Below are positions 1 through 10,155 of a stretch of DNA of 64,000 nt, one piece after another. Positions within the stretch are counted from its first letter, which is position 1. The number at the start of each line of letters is the position of its first letter. Source of the DNA: an uncultured Flavobacteriaceae bacterium (GTDB lineage Bacteria > Bacteroidota > Bacteroidia > Flavobacteriales > Flavobacteriaceae); assembly GCA_947502635.1 (NCBI GenBank), contig CANNAN010000001.1, forward strand, positions 729,246 through 793,245, written 5' to 3'. The notes beneath the pieces are model-generated. The model had not been told where the DNA came from. It was given only the letters and a program-made list of their open reading frames with translations, and made no database searches. A program made the translations under genes and the position numbers.

Positions 1-1
1 T

Positions 2-313
2 TTTGATTGTCATAGTGACGTTACTAGATATCCTTGGTATAATCATATTACTCCTGTGAATTATTGGTTGAACGATCATATAAAACATGGAAAAAAACAT
101 TTTAATGTATCTAAATGGGAAGGGAATTCTGTGAAACGAAAAGACCATAAATTTGAAGAACTTATAGAAATGGTTGAAGATAAAAGTATGCCTCTTAATT
201 CATATACCTGGACTCATACTGAAGCTAAACTTACAGAAGAGCAAGTCACTGCTGTTATAAATTGGGCTAAACAAGTCCGTTTTAAGTATAACTTGATGCC
301 AAAACCTCAGTGA
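2..313 (+). CDS. Heme-binding domain protein (Haem_bd-like cytochrome c), 5'-truncated by window edge
   Basis: The frame is open from nt 2 (FDCHSDVTRYPWYNHITPVNYWL...). DCHS is the tail of a CxxCH motif and YPWY...HIKHGKKHFNVSKW is typical of this family. The ORF-track start at 56 is internal. Confidence 0.8.
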   Translation, partial: FDCHSDVTRYPWYNHITPVNYWLNDHIKHGKKHFNVSKWEGNSVKRKDHKFEELIEMVEDKSMPLNSYTWTHTEAKLTEEQVTAVINWAKQVRFKYNLMPKPQ

Positions 314-373
314 TTAGTAGGCAGTGATCATTAGGCAGTGATCATTAGGTAGTGATCAGTCTCAGTGATCAGT
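308..373 (+). repeat. Short tandem repeat, about 14-bp unit CAGTGATCATTAGG, 5 degenerate copies
   Basis: Units start at 308, 322, 336, 350 and 363, all with the AGTGAT core. The first unit contains the upstream stop codon. Confidence 0.85.
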
Positions 374-413
374 AAGTCGTATTCAGTGAAAAATTATAAA
401 TATTCGTGCATTC

Positions 414-1646
414 GTGGCAAAAAAATTATTGATTATTGGTTTTGTCTGGCCTGAACCTAAAAGTTCTGCAGCTGGTAGTAGAATGATGCAGTTAATTCAG
501 TTTTTTCAAACTCAGAATTATCAAATAACATTTTCCAGTCCTTGTGCTAAAAGTGATAATGCATTTGACTTAACAACTATAGGGATTGATCAAATTTCCA
601 TAGAGTTAAATAATACTGATTTTGATATTTTTATAAAAGAACTGAACCCAGACATTGTTTTGTTTGATCGTTTTATGATGGAAGAACAATTTGGTTGGCG
701 TGTTGCAGAACAATGTCCTAATGCTTTGAGAATTATAGATACCGAAGATTTGCATTGTTTACGAAAAGGAAGACAACATGCTTTTAAAGATAATAAAACG
801 TTTGATAAGGCTTATTTATTCAATGATGTTGCTAAACGAGAAATAGCGAGTATTTATAGAAGTGATTTAAGTTTGATAATTTCTGAGGCTGAAATGAAAA
901 TTCTTAAAGAAGATTTTAAAGTAGAAGATACTTTATTGCACTACTTGCCTTTTATGTTAGATGAAGTTAAGAAAGGAGCTATTGGTAAGCTTCCAAATTT
1001 CGAAAAACGGAAACATTTTATAACCATTGGAAATTTTTTGCATGCACCCAATTATAATGCTGTTTTATATTTAAAGGAGACTATTTGGCCGTTAATTAAA
1101 AAACAGTTGCCAACAGCAGAGTTACATATTTATGGAGCGTATGCATCACAAAAAGTAAATCAGCTTCATAATGAAAAAGAACGATTTTTTATTAAAGGAT
1201 TTGCAGAGGATGTAAACGAAGTTATGCAACATGCTAGAGTTTGTTTAGCGCCTATACAATTTGGAGCAGGCTTAAAAGGGAAATTAGTGGATGCCATGCA
1301 AAATGGGACACCATGTGTTATGAGCACTATTGCATCTGAAGGGATGTTTGGTCGTTTTGAAATGAATGGCTTTATAGAAGATCTCCCAGAAAATTTTGCA
1401 AATGAAGCTGTTGGGTTATATTCAAATGAAACTCTTTGGAAAGAAAAACAACAAAACGGATTTCAAATTATAAATAAACGTTTTAATAAGGAGGCTTTTC
1501 AAAAAGAGCTGTTTAATAAAATAGAGCAAATAACAGAAGAACTCAGTAATAATCGGCTTAATAACTTCACAGGACAAATGTTGCAACATCACAGGATGCA
1601 AAGTACTAAGTTTATGAGCAAGTGGATTGAAGAAAAAAATAAATAA
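414..1646 (+). CDS. Glycosyltransferase (GT4/GT-B family)
   Basis: 410 aa. N-terminal VWPEPKSSAAGSR, FITIGNFLHAPN and APIQFGAGLKGKLVDAMQNGTPCV motifs. Confidence 0.85.
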   Translation: MAKKLLIIGFVWPEPKSSAAGSRMMQLIQFFQTQNYQITFSSPCAKSDNAFDLTTIGIDQISIELNNTDFDIFIKELNPDIVLFDRFMMEEQFGWRVAEQCPNALRIIDTEDLHCLRKGRQHAFKDNKTFDKAYLFNDVAKREIASIYRSDLSLIISEAEMKILKEDFKVEDTLLHYLPFMLDEVKKGAIGKLPNFEKRKHFITIGNFLHAPNYNAVLYLKETIWPLIKKQLPTAELHIYGAYASQKVNQLHNEKERFFIKGFAEDVNEVMQHARVCLAPIQFGAGLKGKLVDAMQNGTPCVMSTIASEGMFGRFEMNGFIEDLPENFANEAVGLYSNETLWKEKQQNGFQIINKRFNKEAFQKELFNKIEQITEELSNNRLNNFTGQMLQHHRMQSTKFMSKWIEEKNK

Positions 1647-1660
1647 ATAATTAATTTAAG

Positions 1661-2080
1661 ATGAACAGAATACTTTTTCTTTTAAGTTTAGTAATAGTTT
1701 TAACATCTTGCAGAACTAGTAAAATAAAGGAGATACAGGTTGTTAAGTTAGCTGAAACAACTAAAAGTTGGAATGGCGATAAACTTCCAAATTACCCAGA
1801 AGGAAACCCAAAGATCACGGTTTTAAAAATAACCATTCCACCTAAGACTAAATTGCATAAGCATTACCATCCTGTTATTAACTCGGGTATTTTGTTAAAA
1901 GGAGCATTAACCGTTATAGATAAGGACAATAATGTTTTAAAACTTAAAGCAGGCGACATCATTGTGGAACTAGTAAATAAAGTACACTATGGTATTAATG
2001 AAGGTAATAAACCTGCTGAAATTGTGGTGTTTTATTCAGGAACGGAGGATTTACCTATCACGGTTATAGAAAAAGATTAA
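1661..2080 (+). CDS. Cupin-domain lipoprotein
   Basis: Lipobox VLTSC. Cupin motifs HKHYHP and ELVNKVHYGIN. Confidence 0.8.
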   Translation: MNRILFLLSLVIVLTSCRTSKIKEIQVVKLAETTKSWNGDKLPNYPEGNPKITVLKITIPPKTKLHKHYHPVINSGILLKGALTVIDKDNNVLKLKAGDIIVELVNKVHYGINEGNKPAEIVVFYSGTEDLPITVIEKD

Positions 2081-2222
2081 TATAGTGTTAAATTGAATTA
2101 ATATTGGTTTTGTAAGAAAAACATCTAATTTTGTTAGGTGTCTTATATCAAATATTGAAACGTTAGATATCATAACATTCTCTACAATTTGAGAAATTAA
2201 AATTTTTAAATAAATATTATGT

Positions 2223-4985
2223 ATGAAAATAAGGAATTCTGTAGATGAATTAAAAGATACTAAATTATGGAAATATTTAAGAGGTATTGATGAAAATTAC
2301 TCAGAAATATGTGTAAATTTTGTTGAATTAGTTACTCCTATATTAAAATCAATTCATGATTTTTTTCCTTTTTATACAAGGCACGATGCCCATCATGGAT
2401 ACAGAGTTATCATACGTATTGAACAGATTATTAAAGAAGAATGTATAATAGAAAACGGTGAATTAAGTTTTACTCCACAAGAAATATTGCTTCTAATAGC
2501 TTCCGCTTATGCTCATGATTTGGGAATGGCAGTTTTTCCAGAAGAAGAAACTGAACTTTTAAGTTCATTGAATATTATAAAAGATGATGAATGGAAAACA
2601 AATAAAATACTTCAAAAATATCTTCGAGATGAACACTCAATAAGAGGAGAGAAGTTTATTTCCGAAAATGTCAACAAAATTGGAATTCCCCAGAATTTAG
2701 TAAAACCATTAGGAAATATAATGAGGTCGCATAATTTGCATGTACATGACTTAGAAATTGATCTAGGAAAGAGGTTTGCTGCTGGAGAAAAAGAAATTAA
2801 TTTATCACAATTAGCATGTATATTATGTATAGCTGATGCTTTAGAGTATAGTGATACTAGAGTTATTGATGGTGTGCTAGATAAATTGGCGAAATTAGAA
2901 AATACAGACTCAGTAATTTCTTACAGGGAAAATATGAAGCATATTTGTATAGGTGATAGCGTTGCAATTGGAGATAGAGACGGTAGAGTAATATTTTCAG
3001 GCTCGTTTAATGAACCAGAAGTTTTAGCATTAGCACATAATACTATTGATTTAATCGAAGATTGGGTCACACAATATTGCGAGATAGATAATAAGCAATC
3101 AAATTCTAGACTAAAAATTAAACCTTTAACTTTTTATAGGAATTTGGAAATAGTTGGTTTTGATTTTGAACGATTGGGAATAAAAGTAAAAAAGGAAAAT
3201 ATAATAAGCCTAATTTCATCTAACTCTACATGGTCAAATTCTCATTCAGTAGTTTTTAGAGAATTATTACAAAATGCTATTGAAGCATGTAGGTATAGAG
3301 CATTTCATACACCAACCTCAAAGGCTTATAAATCTGAAATTTCTATTGCTTTTAATAGAGTTGAAAATACTATCATTATAGAAGATAATGGTTGCGGTAT
3401 GAGTAAAAATATAATACTAAATCATTTTCTAAATATTGGCAATAGTAGATCAAGCTTATCAACATATACAAGTAATAACTTCAATTCATTAGCTCGTTTT
3501 GGTATTGGCTTTTGGTCAGTTTTCACTATTTCCTCTAATGTTTTAGTTGAGTCGGCACCTTTCGAATTTCTTAGAAATGAGGAAGATATAGATGGAGTTG
3601 TTCAAGGGTATGGCTTTAATGTTAGTATTGAACAATATAAAGATTATCTTGTTTTTAAACCTATTCAAAGAAAAGTTGGTACAAAAATCACCCTCAAATT
3701 AGAAAATAATATAAGTATTGATGATGTTATAAGTACTTTTAATAAGGAAGTTTTATTTACAATTTTTCCAGTAAGGGTATTTATTGATAATAAGTTTTAT
3801 TTTGAACTTCCAAATAAAATTGAAAAGATAGGTTTTGAAGAACTATTTGAGACAAGACTTATTGCCGCTAAAGCAGAAGAAGTAAAGCTTTTTTCTAGAA
3901 TTTATGAAAAAGATGATGTTACAATTTCTATATGTTTTGCTTATAGAATCAATGAAAATAATCAACTAACTTTTAGGTTGTCTGATAAAGTTAATACTAT
4001 TCAACAATTGCTACCAATAGGTAGCAGTAACCTTCTTGAATATTCAGTTTCTGGATTTAAAGTAAGATTTGGACATATACATACTTGTTTTGAATTGTAT
4101 AGAATTGGTGTTTATAAGGTTAATATCAAGAATAGTGACGGAATTGAATTTCGTTTAGATAGAAATACATTAATTGAATCAGATAGAGTTGAAGAGCTAA
4201 AAAAGAATATTAGTATTTATGCTCATGAAGCTTATATGGAGTTTCTTAAAAAGAATGGCTCTTACAATAAAGAGAATATCTATTTATTGAATAAAGAATC
4301 AAGGCTTCATGGAGGTGGAGTGATGGATAATTATACAAAAGAAATACTTCATATTTCTCAAAAGTACTATCCCGATTTAATATGTTTTAAGCTTATTCAT
4401 ATAACAAAAGAAAAGAATATTGAAAATGCAGACGTTATTTATTTGAATATAAATGAGCTAATTAAAGGAGATTTTGAAATAAGAACTATCCAAAATCCAA
4501 TGATGTCTAACAGAAATCTTAAAGCAGAAGATTTGATGGGTTTTATGTATTCTTTTCTAGCTAAAACAGAAAGTAATAATAATGTCTATTTGATAGAACC
4601 ATGTGTAGAAGGTTCACTTTTATTCGATAATGACACGAATAGTTCAGTGTTTTCAATTAAGATAGGTGCAGGGTTTATTAATGTCATGAGAATGAGTACT
4701 TTAAGACTGGACAAGGAGCATTCATGGATTATTACTGATGTTAGAGGTAGATGGAGTGGTTATATTTATGAAAGAAATATTTTAGGAGAAGAACATTTAG
4801 ATTTTGTATTTCTTGGAAGATATAGATTGATTTTAAATAATAATTCAGAAATATCACAAAAAATAAAGAAACTTAGTAAAGAAAATAGGAAATATGAAAT
4901 ATCTGAAATAGCACATCTGTTATCAGAGGCTTATTCAGGTAATATAAGTGTGAAGTTAAAAGAATTTTTTCCTAATTCGTTTTAA
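2223..4985 (+). CDS. HD-domain (HD-CE-like) fused to HSP90-like GHKL ATPase; putative conflict/defence protein
   Basis: HD module: YTRHDAHHGYRV, AYAHDLGM, H...RSH, CIADALE. GHKL module: FRELLQNAIEA, IEDNGCGM, ARFGIGFWS, GTKITL. Long unassigned C-terminus. Confidence 0.75.
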   Translation: MKIRNSVDELKDTKLWKYLRGIDENYSEICVNFVELVTPILKSIHDFFPFYTRHDAHHGYRVIIRIEQIIKEECIIENGELSFTPQEILLLIASAYAHDLGMAVFPEEETELLSSLNIIKDDEWKTNKILQKYLRDEHSIRGEKFISENVNKIGIPQNLVKPLGNIMRSHNLHVHDLEIDLGKRFAAGEKEINLSQLACILCIADALEYSDTRVIDGVLDKLAKLENTDSVISYRENMKHICIGDSVAIGDRDGRVIFSGSFNEPEVLALAHNTIDLIEDWVTQYCEIDNKQSNSRLKIKPLTFYRNLEIVGFDFERLGIKVKKENIISLISSNSTWSNSHSVVFRELLQNAIEACRYRAFHTPTSKAYKSEISIAFNRVENTIIIEDNGCGMSKNIILNHFLNIGNSRSSLSTYTSNNFNSLARFGIGFWSVFTISSNVLVESAPFEFLRNEEDIDGVVQGYGFNVSIEQYKDYLVFKPIQRKVGTKITLKLENNISIDDVISTFNKEVLFTIFPVRVFIDNKFYFELPNKIEKIGFEELFETRLIAAKAEEVKLFSRIYEKDDVTISICFAYRINENNQLTFRLSDKVNTIQQLLPIGSSNLLEYSVSGFKVRFGHIHTCFELYRIGVYKVNIKNSDGIEFRLDRNTLIESDRVEELKKNISIYAHEAYMEFLKKNGSYNKENIYLLNKESRLHGGGVMDNYTKEILHISQKYYPDLICFKLIHITKEKNIENADVIYLNINELIKGDFEIRTIQNPMMSNRNLKAEDLMGFMYSFLAKTESNNNVYLIEPCVEGSLLFDNDTNSSVFSIKIGAGFINVMRMSTLRLDKEHSWIITDVRGRWSGYIYERNILGEEHLDFVFLGRYRLILNNNSEISQKIKKLSKENRKYEISEIAHLLSEAYSGNISVKLKEFFPNSF

Positions 4986-5158
4986 TATCAAATTTCTAAA
5001 TAAAATACGAAAAACTTATTAATTTTTTCCACCATTAGTAGTAGTTTTAGTAATAATAGTTAGATTTTTTTATTATTGATAATAAGTTTTAGATCTACAA
5101 AATAAGTTAATGTATTATCGTAAACAAGTTATACAGACTCTTGACTAGATTAAGCGTA

Positions 5159-5839
5159 TTATTTATTTAATATATCTAAAATTTTTGAAACCCCAACTGT
5201 AGCAGGTTCAGCAATAACTGTTAAATTTTTTTTACTGGCAATATTAGGTTTAGGATCTATAAAGTAAGTTGGTGTGTTTTGTGGTACATAATTCATCAAG
5301 CCTGCGGCAGGATACACCTGCATAGATGTACCTATAATGATTAAAATATCTGCTGTTTCACAAATAGAAATGGCTTTTTCAATCATAGGAACATCCTCTC
5401 CAAACCAAACAATATGAGGTCGTAATTGAGCGCCTTTTTTACAAGTATCACCCAAGACTAAATCTGTTTGCCATTCTTGAATATCGGTTTCATTAAAAGT
5501 ACTTCTTACTTTAAGTAATTCACCATGTAAATGAATTACGTTGCTGCTTCCTGCACGTTCGTGTAAATCGTCAACATTTTGCGTAACAATGGTGACTTTA
5601 AAGTTATTTTCAAGTTCAGCTAAATCAAAATGAGCGGAATTAGGTTCCACTTCAAAAAGTTGTTTGCGGCGTTGGTTGTAAAAATCTAAAACCAATGCAG
5701 GATTTCTCTTAAAACCTTCGGGTGTTGCTACTTCCATAACATCGTGGCCTTCCCACAAGCCATCTGCATCTCTAAAGGTTTTAATACCACTTTCGGCACT
5801 CATTCCAGCACCAGTAAGAACAACAAGGTGTTTTTTCAT
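5159..5839 (-). CDS. cobB: NAD-dependent protein deacylase, Sir2/CobB family
   Basis: GAGMSAESGIKTFR, TQNVDDLHERAG, HLHG, RPHIVWFGE, GTSMQVYPAA. Start placed at ATG 5839 (MKKHLVVLTG) rather than 5890. Confidence 0.92.
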   Translation of the reverse strand: MKKHLVVLTGAGMSAESGIKTFRDADGLWEGHDVMEVATPEGFKRNPALVLDFYNQRRKQLFEVEPNSAHFDLAELENNFKVTIVTQNVDDLHERAGSSNVIHLHGELLKVRSTFNETDIQEWQTDLVLGDTCKKGAQLRPHIVWFGEDVPMIEKAISICETADILIIIGTSMQVYPAAGLMNYVPQNTPTYFIDPKPNIASKKNLTVIAEPATVGVSKILDILNK

Positions 5840-5922
5840 ATGGTAAAAATAGCTATTATTTGTTATTCCTACTAAAGTAAAAATCCACACTTTTTTATTA
5901 AATTCGATGTTTAACTGTAAAC

Positions 5923-6579
5923 ATGATAGATTTAGAGCTTTTAGACCATTTAGAGACTTATTTAACAGAAAACCGTAAAGAACGTTTTGATAATGTTTTA
6001 TCTCAGCGCACCAAATATTATACAGTAGCTACAGAAGATGTTTATCAACTACATAATACAAGTGCTGTGATAAGAAGTTGTGATGTGTTTGGTATACAAG
6101 AGGTAAACATTGTTGAAGAGCAAAACTCAAAAGATATTGATAGAGAAATTGCTATGGGTGCCCAAAAATGGGTGGATTTAAATAGATATGATACCGTTGT
6201 TGATTGTATTTCAGATTTAAAGCAAAAAGGGTACCAAATTGTAGCTACTACACCCCATGCAAATGATTGTGATTTACATGAATTTGATATCACTAAAAAG
6301 TCCTGTTTTTTCTTTGGAAGAGAGACCGAAGGATTATCTAAAGAAGTTTTAGATGCAGCAGATTGCTATTTAAAAATACCTATGGTTGGTTTTACAGAGA
6401 GTTTAAATATATCGGTTTCTGCAGCCATCATTTTACAATATGTTACTAGTAAGTTAAGGCAAACACCTATGAATTGGCAACTTACAGAGCAAGAGGTTAT
6501 AGAAAAACGTTTGGACTGGTGTAAAAAAACAATTAAAAGTTATGATGAGATTGTTGCTCGTTTTTATAATCAGCAATAA
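5923..6579 (+). CDS. trmH: TrmH/SpoU family tRNA Gm18 methyltransferase
   Basis: HNTSAVIRSCDVFG, FFFGRETEG, IPMVGFTESLNISVSAA. Confidence 0.85.
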   Translation: MIDLELLDHLETYLTENRKERFDNVLSQRTKYYTVATEDVYQLHNTSAVIRSCDVFGIQEVNIVEEQNSKDIDREIAMGAQKWVDLNRYDTVVDCISDLKQKGYQIVATTPHANDCDLHEFDITKKSCFFFGRETEGLSKEVLDAADCYLKIPMVGFTESLNISVSAAIILQYVTSKLRQTPMNWQLTEQEVIEKRLDWCKKTIKSYDEIVARFYNQQ

Positions 6580-6620
6580 TTTTTGTAATTTTAAAACCAT
6601 TAATTAAAAAACTGTTAATC

Positions 6621-7148
6621 ATGTATATAGCTTTTTATATAATCATTGCAATTATTGGTTTATTTGTTCTTTTAGCACTCATAGCTCCTAAAAAATATCA
6701 GGTAAACCGAAGTATTGTAATCAATAAACCACTTCCAGAAGTATTTCAATATTTAAAGCATATAAAAAACCAAGATAATTGGTCGCCTTGGAAAAAGAAA
6801 GACCCAGATATGAAGCAAGAATTTATTGGCCGTGACGGTGAAGTTGGATTTATAGCTAAATGGGATGGTAATAAAGACGTTGGTTTGGGAGAACAAGAAA
6901 TTACGAATATTGTTGATAATGATAGGGTAGAAGCTAGGTTACGATTCTTTAAACCTTGGAAATCTGAATCTGATGCCATTACAAGCGTTGAAGAAGTTGC
7001 GGGAGGAAATACAAAGGTGACTTGGGGTTTTTCTGGAGTTAATAAAGTGCCTGCCAATATTTTTATGATGTTTTATAATGTAGATAAACATGTAGGGAAA
7101 GATTTTGAAGAAGGTTTAGTAAGTTTAAAAGAAATTTTAGAAAATTAG
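6621..7148 (+). CDS. SRPBCC/START-fold protein with N-terminal TM anchor
   Basis: Hydrophobic N-terminus, VNRSIVINKP, WSPWKKKDP, VGKDFEEGL. Confidence 0.85.
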   Translation: MYIAFYIIIAIIGLFVLLALIAPKKYQVNRSIVINKPLPEVFQYLKHIKNQDNWSPWKKKDPDMKQEFIGRDGEVGFIAKWDGNKDVGLGEQEITNIVDNDRVEARLRFFKPWKSESDAITSVEEVAGGNTKVTWGFSGVNKVPANIFMMFYNVDKHVGKDFEEGLVSLKEILEN

Positions 7149-7153
7149 AAATT

Positions 7154-7531
7154 ATGGATACTAATATGGTAGGTTGGTTCGAGATTCCTGTGGTTGATAT
7201 GGATCGAGCCGTAGCATTTTACAATGAAGTATTTAAAATAGAAGTACAGGTACAAGATTTTGGTGGTACTTTAATGGGGTGGTTTCCATTTGAAGAAGGT
7301 AAGCCAGGAGCACCAGGTTCTCTAGTTAAAAATCAGGCTTATGAACCGAGTGATAAAAAAGGAAGCTTGGTGTATTTTAATTCTGAAGATGTTAATAACG
7401 AACTGAATAGAGCAGAAGGAGCTGGCGGACAAGTGGTGCAACCTAAAACACAAATTTCACCAGATATTGGATATATGGGGATTTTTATTGATAGTGAAGG
7501 TAATAGAATAGCATTACATTCCAGAGTATAA
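7154..7531 (+). CDS. VOC/glyoxalase family protein
   Basis: VGWFEIPVVDMDRAVAFY and FIDSEGNRIALHS. Confidence 0.9.
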   Translation: MDTNMVGWFEIPVVDMDRAVAFYNEVFKIEVQVQDFGGTLMGWFPFEEGKPGAPGSLVKNQAYEPSDKKGSLVYFNSEDVNNELNRAEGAGGQVVQPKTQISPDIGYMGIFIDSEGNRIALHSRV

Positions 7532-7549
7532 TTAAAGGAGTAAAAAAAG

Positions 7550-7582
7550 GTCATTCATAAGGAGGAACGACTGGAAGAATCT
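7550..7582 (+). repeat. REP-like element (GTCATTC...GAATCT family), diverged
   Basis: GTCATTCATAAGGAGGAACGACTGGAAGAATCT between convergent genes, with the same ends as the copies at 12326 and 34475. Confidence 0.5.
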
Positions 7583-7593
7583 AAGCATTATTT

Positions 7594-8370
7594 TTAAATT
7601 CTTTTGCTTCTCCCGCGACTTAGTAATTTATATTCTTCATAACACTCGCTTATAGCATCGAGTATTTGCAAATCGTTAGCAGTTTGTATAAAGCCTTTAG
7701 AGTAATTACATTGACTTACAATTTCATCTAAATCAACACGGTCTACTTGTAATAAAACTGTTAGCATTTCCCTATCAAAACGGGATGCCAATAAGTTTCT
7801 AATTTCATCATCTTCTTTCATCTTTTTTAGCTTTCGTAATTCGTTTGGTTTTTTACCAAACATACGATGTAAAAAATCGGCAGGATTAAAAATAGACCCA
7901 ATAATTTTAGTGATTGCACCTTTAGAGCCAGCTTCATAACCTGTACTAGGTAATCCAGAAATACTATAGCGGTAATTATTATTAATAGCAGGTAGTTGTT
8001 TTATATCAACTTCTAGATATCCAGTCAGTTTTAATTGGTTTACAACAACTTCTTCAAGAGCCAGAGCCAATTCTGTTAGTTCAATATTAGAACTTCCAAA
8101 CTTTAGCCAGTCGTTAGTAACTCTAACTTTTATAGATTTAAAGCCTAAATACGAAAAATGCAGCGTATCGTTAACTTTAGCAGAAATCTCAAACGCTCCT
8201 TTTTTATTAGTAGTTGTACCAATTACTTTATTAAGGTTAACAATATTAACGTTTTCAAGAGGCACATCATTTGATGAATTAATAACTACACCTAAAACTT
8301 TATCAGCCTCCTGCCCCATACACATGGCAGAAGTGAATAGAAAAGTAAAAAGAAGTAGGTAGTTTTTCAT
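7594..8370 (-). CDS. Carboxypeptidase-like regulatory domain protein (secreted)
   Basis: Signal peptide. GTTTNKKGAFEISAKVNDTLHFSYLGF and LEEVVV are typical of the Bacteroidetes CarbopepD_reg_2 domain. Confidence 0.8.
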   Translation of the reverse strand: MKNYLLLFTFLFTSAMCMGQEADKVLGVVINSSNDVPLENVNIVNLNKVIGTTTNKKGAFEISAKVNDTLHFSYLGFKSIKVRVTNDWLKFGSSNIELTELALALEEVVVNQLKLTGYLEVDIKQLPAINNNYRYSISGLPSTGYEAGSKGAITKIIGSIFNPADFLHRMFGKKPNELRKLKKMKEDDEIRNLLASRFDREMLTVLLQVDRVDLDEIVSQCNYSKGFIQTANDLQILDAISECYEEYKLLSRGRSKRI

Positions 8371-8768
8371 CTGTTATTGTTTTAGAGTCAGATTCAATTG
8401 CCATGACTCATTCCATCTGTTAAAATTCAATAGCTAAAATACTAAAGAAAACGGCAAAAATTGTAGTTAAGTTGTAATTTGACTAAAAATTAACAAAAAA
8501 GTTTAACTAAAACATAAACTTAAGGTTTTGTTGTGGGATTGACAATATTTTGAAAGTTTGATTTTAATTAGTTTTTGTACGATAATATTAACTCTTCAAA
8601 AGCGAGAAAACCGATATTTATGTTGTTATGAGCAATTATAATTCAGTAAAAAATAATTTTGACTGTAAGAATTTTATTTATATTTGAAATAATAGATAAT
8701 ATGGATGAATAGATTTCGTAGTGTCATGTTTGCAAGAAAAAATTAAGTTTATAGAATATTAAAACCAG

Positions 8769-9539
8769 ATGAAAGCAACCACAATAGATGAAGTCATAGA
8801 GAATTTAGAGCAAATAATTCAGCAGGCAATAAAAGAAGAAAGTACGCTTGGGTATTTTGCAGCTTTATATCAAAATGTAACTATAAATATAAAAGAGAAA
8901 TTAGGCACAAATTATTTCGATGATGATAAAAGGATGGAAGAATTGGATGTTATTTTTGCTAATCGATACTTAGCAGCCTATTCAGAATATAAAGAAAAAA
9001 AGAAGGTAACAAAGTCATGGGACATTGCTTTTAAATCATCGACAAATAATATGTTAATAGTGTTACAGCATTTATTACTAGGAATGAATGCTCATATAAA
9101 TTTGGACTTAGGTATAGCAGCATCTGAAATAACAAATGATAAAACTATAAAATCACTTGAATCAGATTTTAATAAAATAAATGAATTACTGTCAACGCTA
9201 GTAGATGAAGTTCAAAAAGATTTATCTGAAATATGGCCTACGTTCCTGAAAATTTTAAAATATCTAAAAAAGGTAGATGATTTTTTAATAAATTTTAGCA
9301 TGAAATTGGCTAGGGATAAAGCTTGGGAATTTGCAAACAGGTTAGTTAAAGAAGATGAGGAAAATAAGGAGCAATTAATCGAATTAAAAGATCTTGAAGT
9401 ATCGAAACTATCAGAAAAAATAGTAAACCCTGGTATTTTAGTAAAGATATTATTTATTATAATAAGAATAGGAGAACGAGGAAAGCCTTCAGACAAAATT
9501 AAGAAATTGGAAAAGCTAATTGAAAATAAAAGATTTTAA
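8769..9539 (+). CDS. DUF5995-like protein
   Basis: LGYFAALY, FANRYLAAY and QHLLLGMNAHINLDLG match my recollection of DUF5995. Confidence 0.75.
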   Translation: MKATTIDEVIENLEQIIQQAIKEESTLGYFAALYQNVTINIKEKLGTNYFDDDKRMEELDVIFANRYLAAYSEYKEKKKVTKSWDIAFKSSTNNMLIVLQHLLLGMNAHINLDLGIAASEITNDKTIKSLESDFNKINELLSTLVDEVQKDLSEIWPTFLKILKYLKKVDDFLINFSMKLARDKAWEFANRLVKEDEENKEQLIELKDLEVSKLSEKIVNPGILVKILFIIIRIGERGKPSDKIKKLEKLIENKRF

Positions 9540-9621
9540 AATATTGGTACTATTTTGAGTTATGTTGATATTTCAAATAAAAAGTATTACTAAAAACAAG
9601 TAGTAATAAGTAAAAAGAATA

Positions 9622-10155
9622 ATGCAAGATTATATAGATTTAGCCGAAAAGAATGGTGTTATACTTAAAGATAATGGGATGTGCCAATTTTGCGGATCTA
9701 ACACAAAAAGAGGTGTTCATGAATGCTTAGAAATTTTTAATTTTGGGTTTCAAGATATTAACTATTCAGATATCAAAAATCACATATTTAAATTTCTAAT
9801 CGTTGATGCTCATACTTTACAGCATCCTGAAATTCACGGTAGATGGAATAATCATTTTCACCTTACAAGATTACATTTAATATTTAAATACAATATCGAA
9901 TGGTCATATAAATTATCTCCCAAGCTAAGTGATTATCTAAATAAATACAAAATTGGTAAACACGATGAATATTTGATTCCACCTAAAGTTTTAGAAAGAG
10001 GTGTAATTACAGCAACCGATATCTTAGAAAAACCTAAAGAAGCATCTCAAACTAAAGATTTGGTAAGGCAATGGGCTTTTAGTGTGTATAATTCATGGAG
10101 CAATTATCACAATATTGTTGACTCAATTTCGAAAGGATTTTTAAATTTGAAATGA
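9622..10155 (+). CDS. DUF5946-like protein
   Basis: CQFCG...EC N-terminus and VDAHTLQHP motif. Confidence 0.65.
   Translation: MQDYIDLAEKNGVILKDNGMCQFCGSNTKRGVHECLEIFNFGFQDINYSDIKNHIFKFLIVDAHTLQHPEIHGRWNNHFHLTRLHLIFKYNIEWSYKLSPKLSDYLNKYKIGKHDEYLIPPKVLERGVITATDILEKPKEASQTKDLVRQWAFSVYNSWSNYHNIVDSISKGFLNLK

Noticed and set aside
308-373. Possible CRISPR array
   Set aside because: The units are 14 bp and directly tandem, with no unique spacers and no cas genes. No CRISPR array was seen anywhere in the window.
2223-5839. HD-HSP90 gene plus neighbouring Sir2 as a two-gene NAD-depleting defence system
   Set aside because: The Sir2 protein is a short, canonical CobB-type deacylase on the opposite strand, divergent from trmH. 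It looks like a core gene and the adjacency is probably incidental.
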